Source of the DNA: Octopus bimaculoides
Lineage: Eukaryota
DNA length: 34,259 nt
Assembly (NCBI RefSeq): GCF_001194135.2
Contig: NC_068990.1
Location: forward strand, 63,905,441 to 63,939,699
Direction: 5' to 3'
The notes beneath the pieces are model-generated. The model saw only the letters and a program-made list of their open reading frames with translations, did not search any database and was not told where the DNA came from. The translations under genes were made by a program, and so were the position numbers. Each line of letters opens with the position of its first letter. The first letter of the stretch is position 1. This document shows positions 33,450 to 34,259 of this stretch, piece after piece.

Positions 33450-33657
33450 GAACTACCTGTACTATCAGTGGAAGCCCAACAGATTGCTATTCTACTACCA
33501 TGCAAAAAGGAACAAAGACCCCAGTTATATTCACTGATGGAGATACTGTGGATATGGATCCTGAATTTGGTCTGTTCCTCACAATGGTAAACACTTTCTG
33601 CTCACATTTTACACTTCATATTTCTCAAGGTTTGTTCACTTCAATCTGCTTATCTAA
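33450..33657 (+). pseudogene. Partial tandem duplicate of exon 8 3' part plus donor and ~70 nt of intron (pseudo-exon)
   Basis: Aligns by eye to 32315-32526; the exon-derived part has 8 substitutions and a 1-nt deletion (CAGTTTATA to CAGTTATA); donor ATG|GTAAAC intact at 33586/33587. Confidence 0.93.
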
Positions 33658-34084
33658 GGCTGAGGATTGCAAACTGACAAATTACTAGCTGCCCTCAGGT
33701 TTATTTTCAAATATATAGTGTCAAAAACATCTAGAACTTTGGGCTTTCAACCCACTTTCCTACTCAGTCTGATCAGAAATAAGCTCCATGAGGTAGAATG
33801 TCTCTTTCAGTGCATCTCCCACACCTTTCATCAAAGTAACATATTTGGTATTTTGGCTAATGACACCACAGAACATTTGGCCAAGCCACTCTGCTTAACT
33901 AACTACTCTTGTTCATTTTATTTACTAGTGTTCTACTTGTTTACCATCAGCACCAGACCTAATGTCTGTTTTATGTTTGTCTATTTTCTTTACTTCTGTC
34001 CTAGCTGTCAACATTAACTACCATCTGGGTTTTAGTATTTTTAGTTCTGCTATTGCTCTATTTACTTATTCATACATCCGTTCA

Positions 34085-34259
34085 TATACATGTGCAAGTG
34101 TATATACATATGCATGGGTATATGTGGAAAAATGTGGGTATATATGTGTATGTATGTGTGTATATATGTATATGGGTATGTGTATGTATATGTATGTGTG
34201 TATGTATGTATATGTGTATATATACTTATATGTATATATGTATATATATATATATATAT
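34085..34259. repeat. (TATG)/(TA)n simple repeat
   Basis: Direct reading. Confidence 0.95.

Noticed and set aside
33500-33688. [32 protein letters not shown] as a real or alternative dynein exon
   Set aside because: It is the post-frameshift half of the duplicate; the upstream half is in another frame and the 5' part with Walker B is absent, so it cannot replace exon 8.

Overview
Eukaryotic genomic DNA, AT-rich and dense in microsatellites and retroelements, most likely from an octopus or other coleoid cephalopod (inferred from the SINE/RTE repertoire, not database-verified). The window is the interior of one + strand gene, an axonemal outer-arm dynein heavy chain of the DNAH5/DNAH8 type. 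Eight GT-AG exons (57-210, 6192-6458, 19440-19568, 22807-22944, 24575-24799, 25943-26115, 28236-28414, 32265-32452; 1453 nt, about 484 codons) splice in compatible phases into a continuous stretch covering the linker end and AAA1 (P-loop GPAGTGKT, Walker [10 protein letters not shown]). The other ~96% is intron: at least four tRNA-derived SINE types, an (ATG)n-tailed repeat family, decayed RTE-clade LINE fragments, hAT- and piggyBac-type MITEs, a Helentron/HINE-like element and simple repeats. Most notable: a frameshifted partial duplicate of exon 8 that keeps its splice donor (possible poison exon); SINEs inserted repeatedly into the same position of other SINEs; several degenerate hammerhead-like motifs; a three-finger C2H2 fragment of probable LINE origin; and a likely Illumina adapter remnant at a gap edge. 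No prokaryotic features and no demonstrably new system. Family labels A-E are my own and repeat boundaries are approximate.
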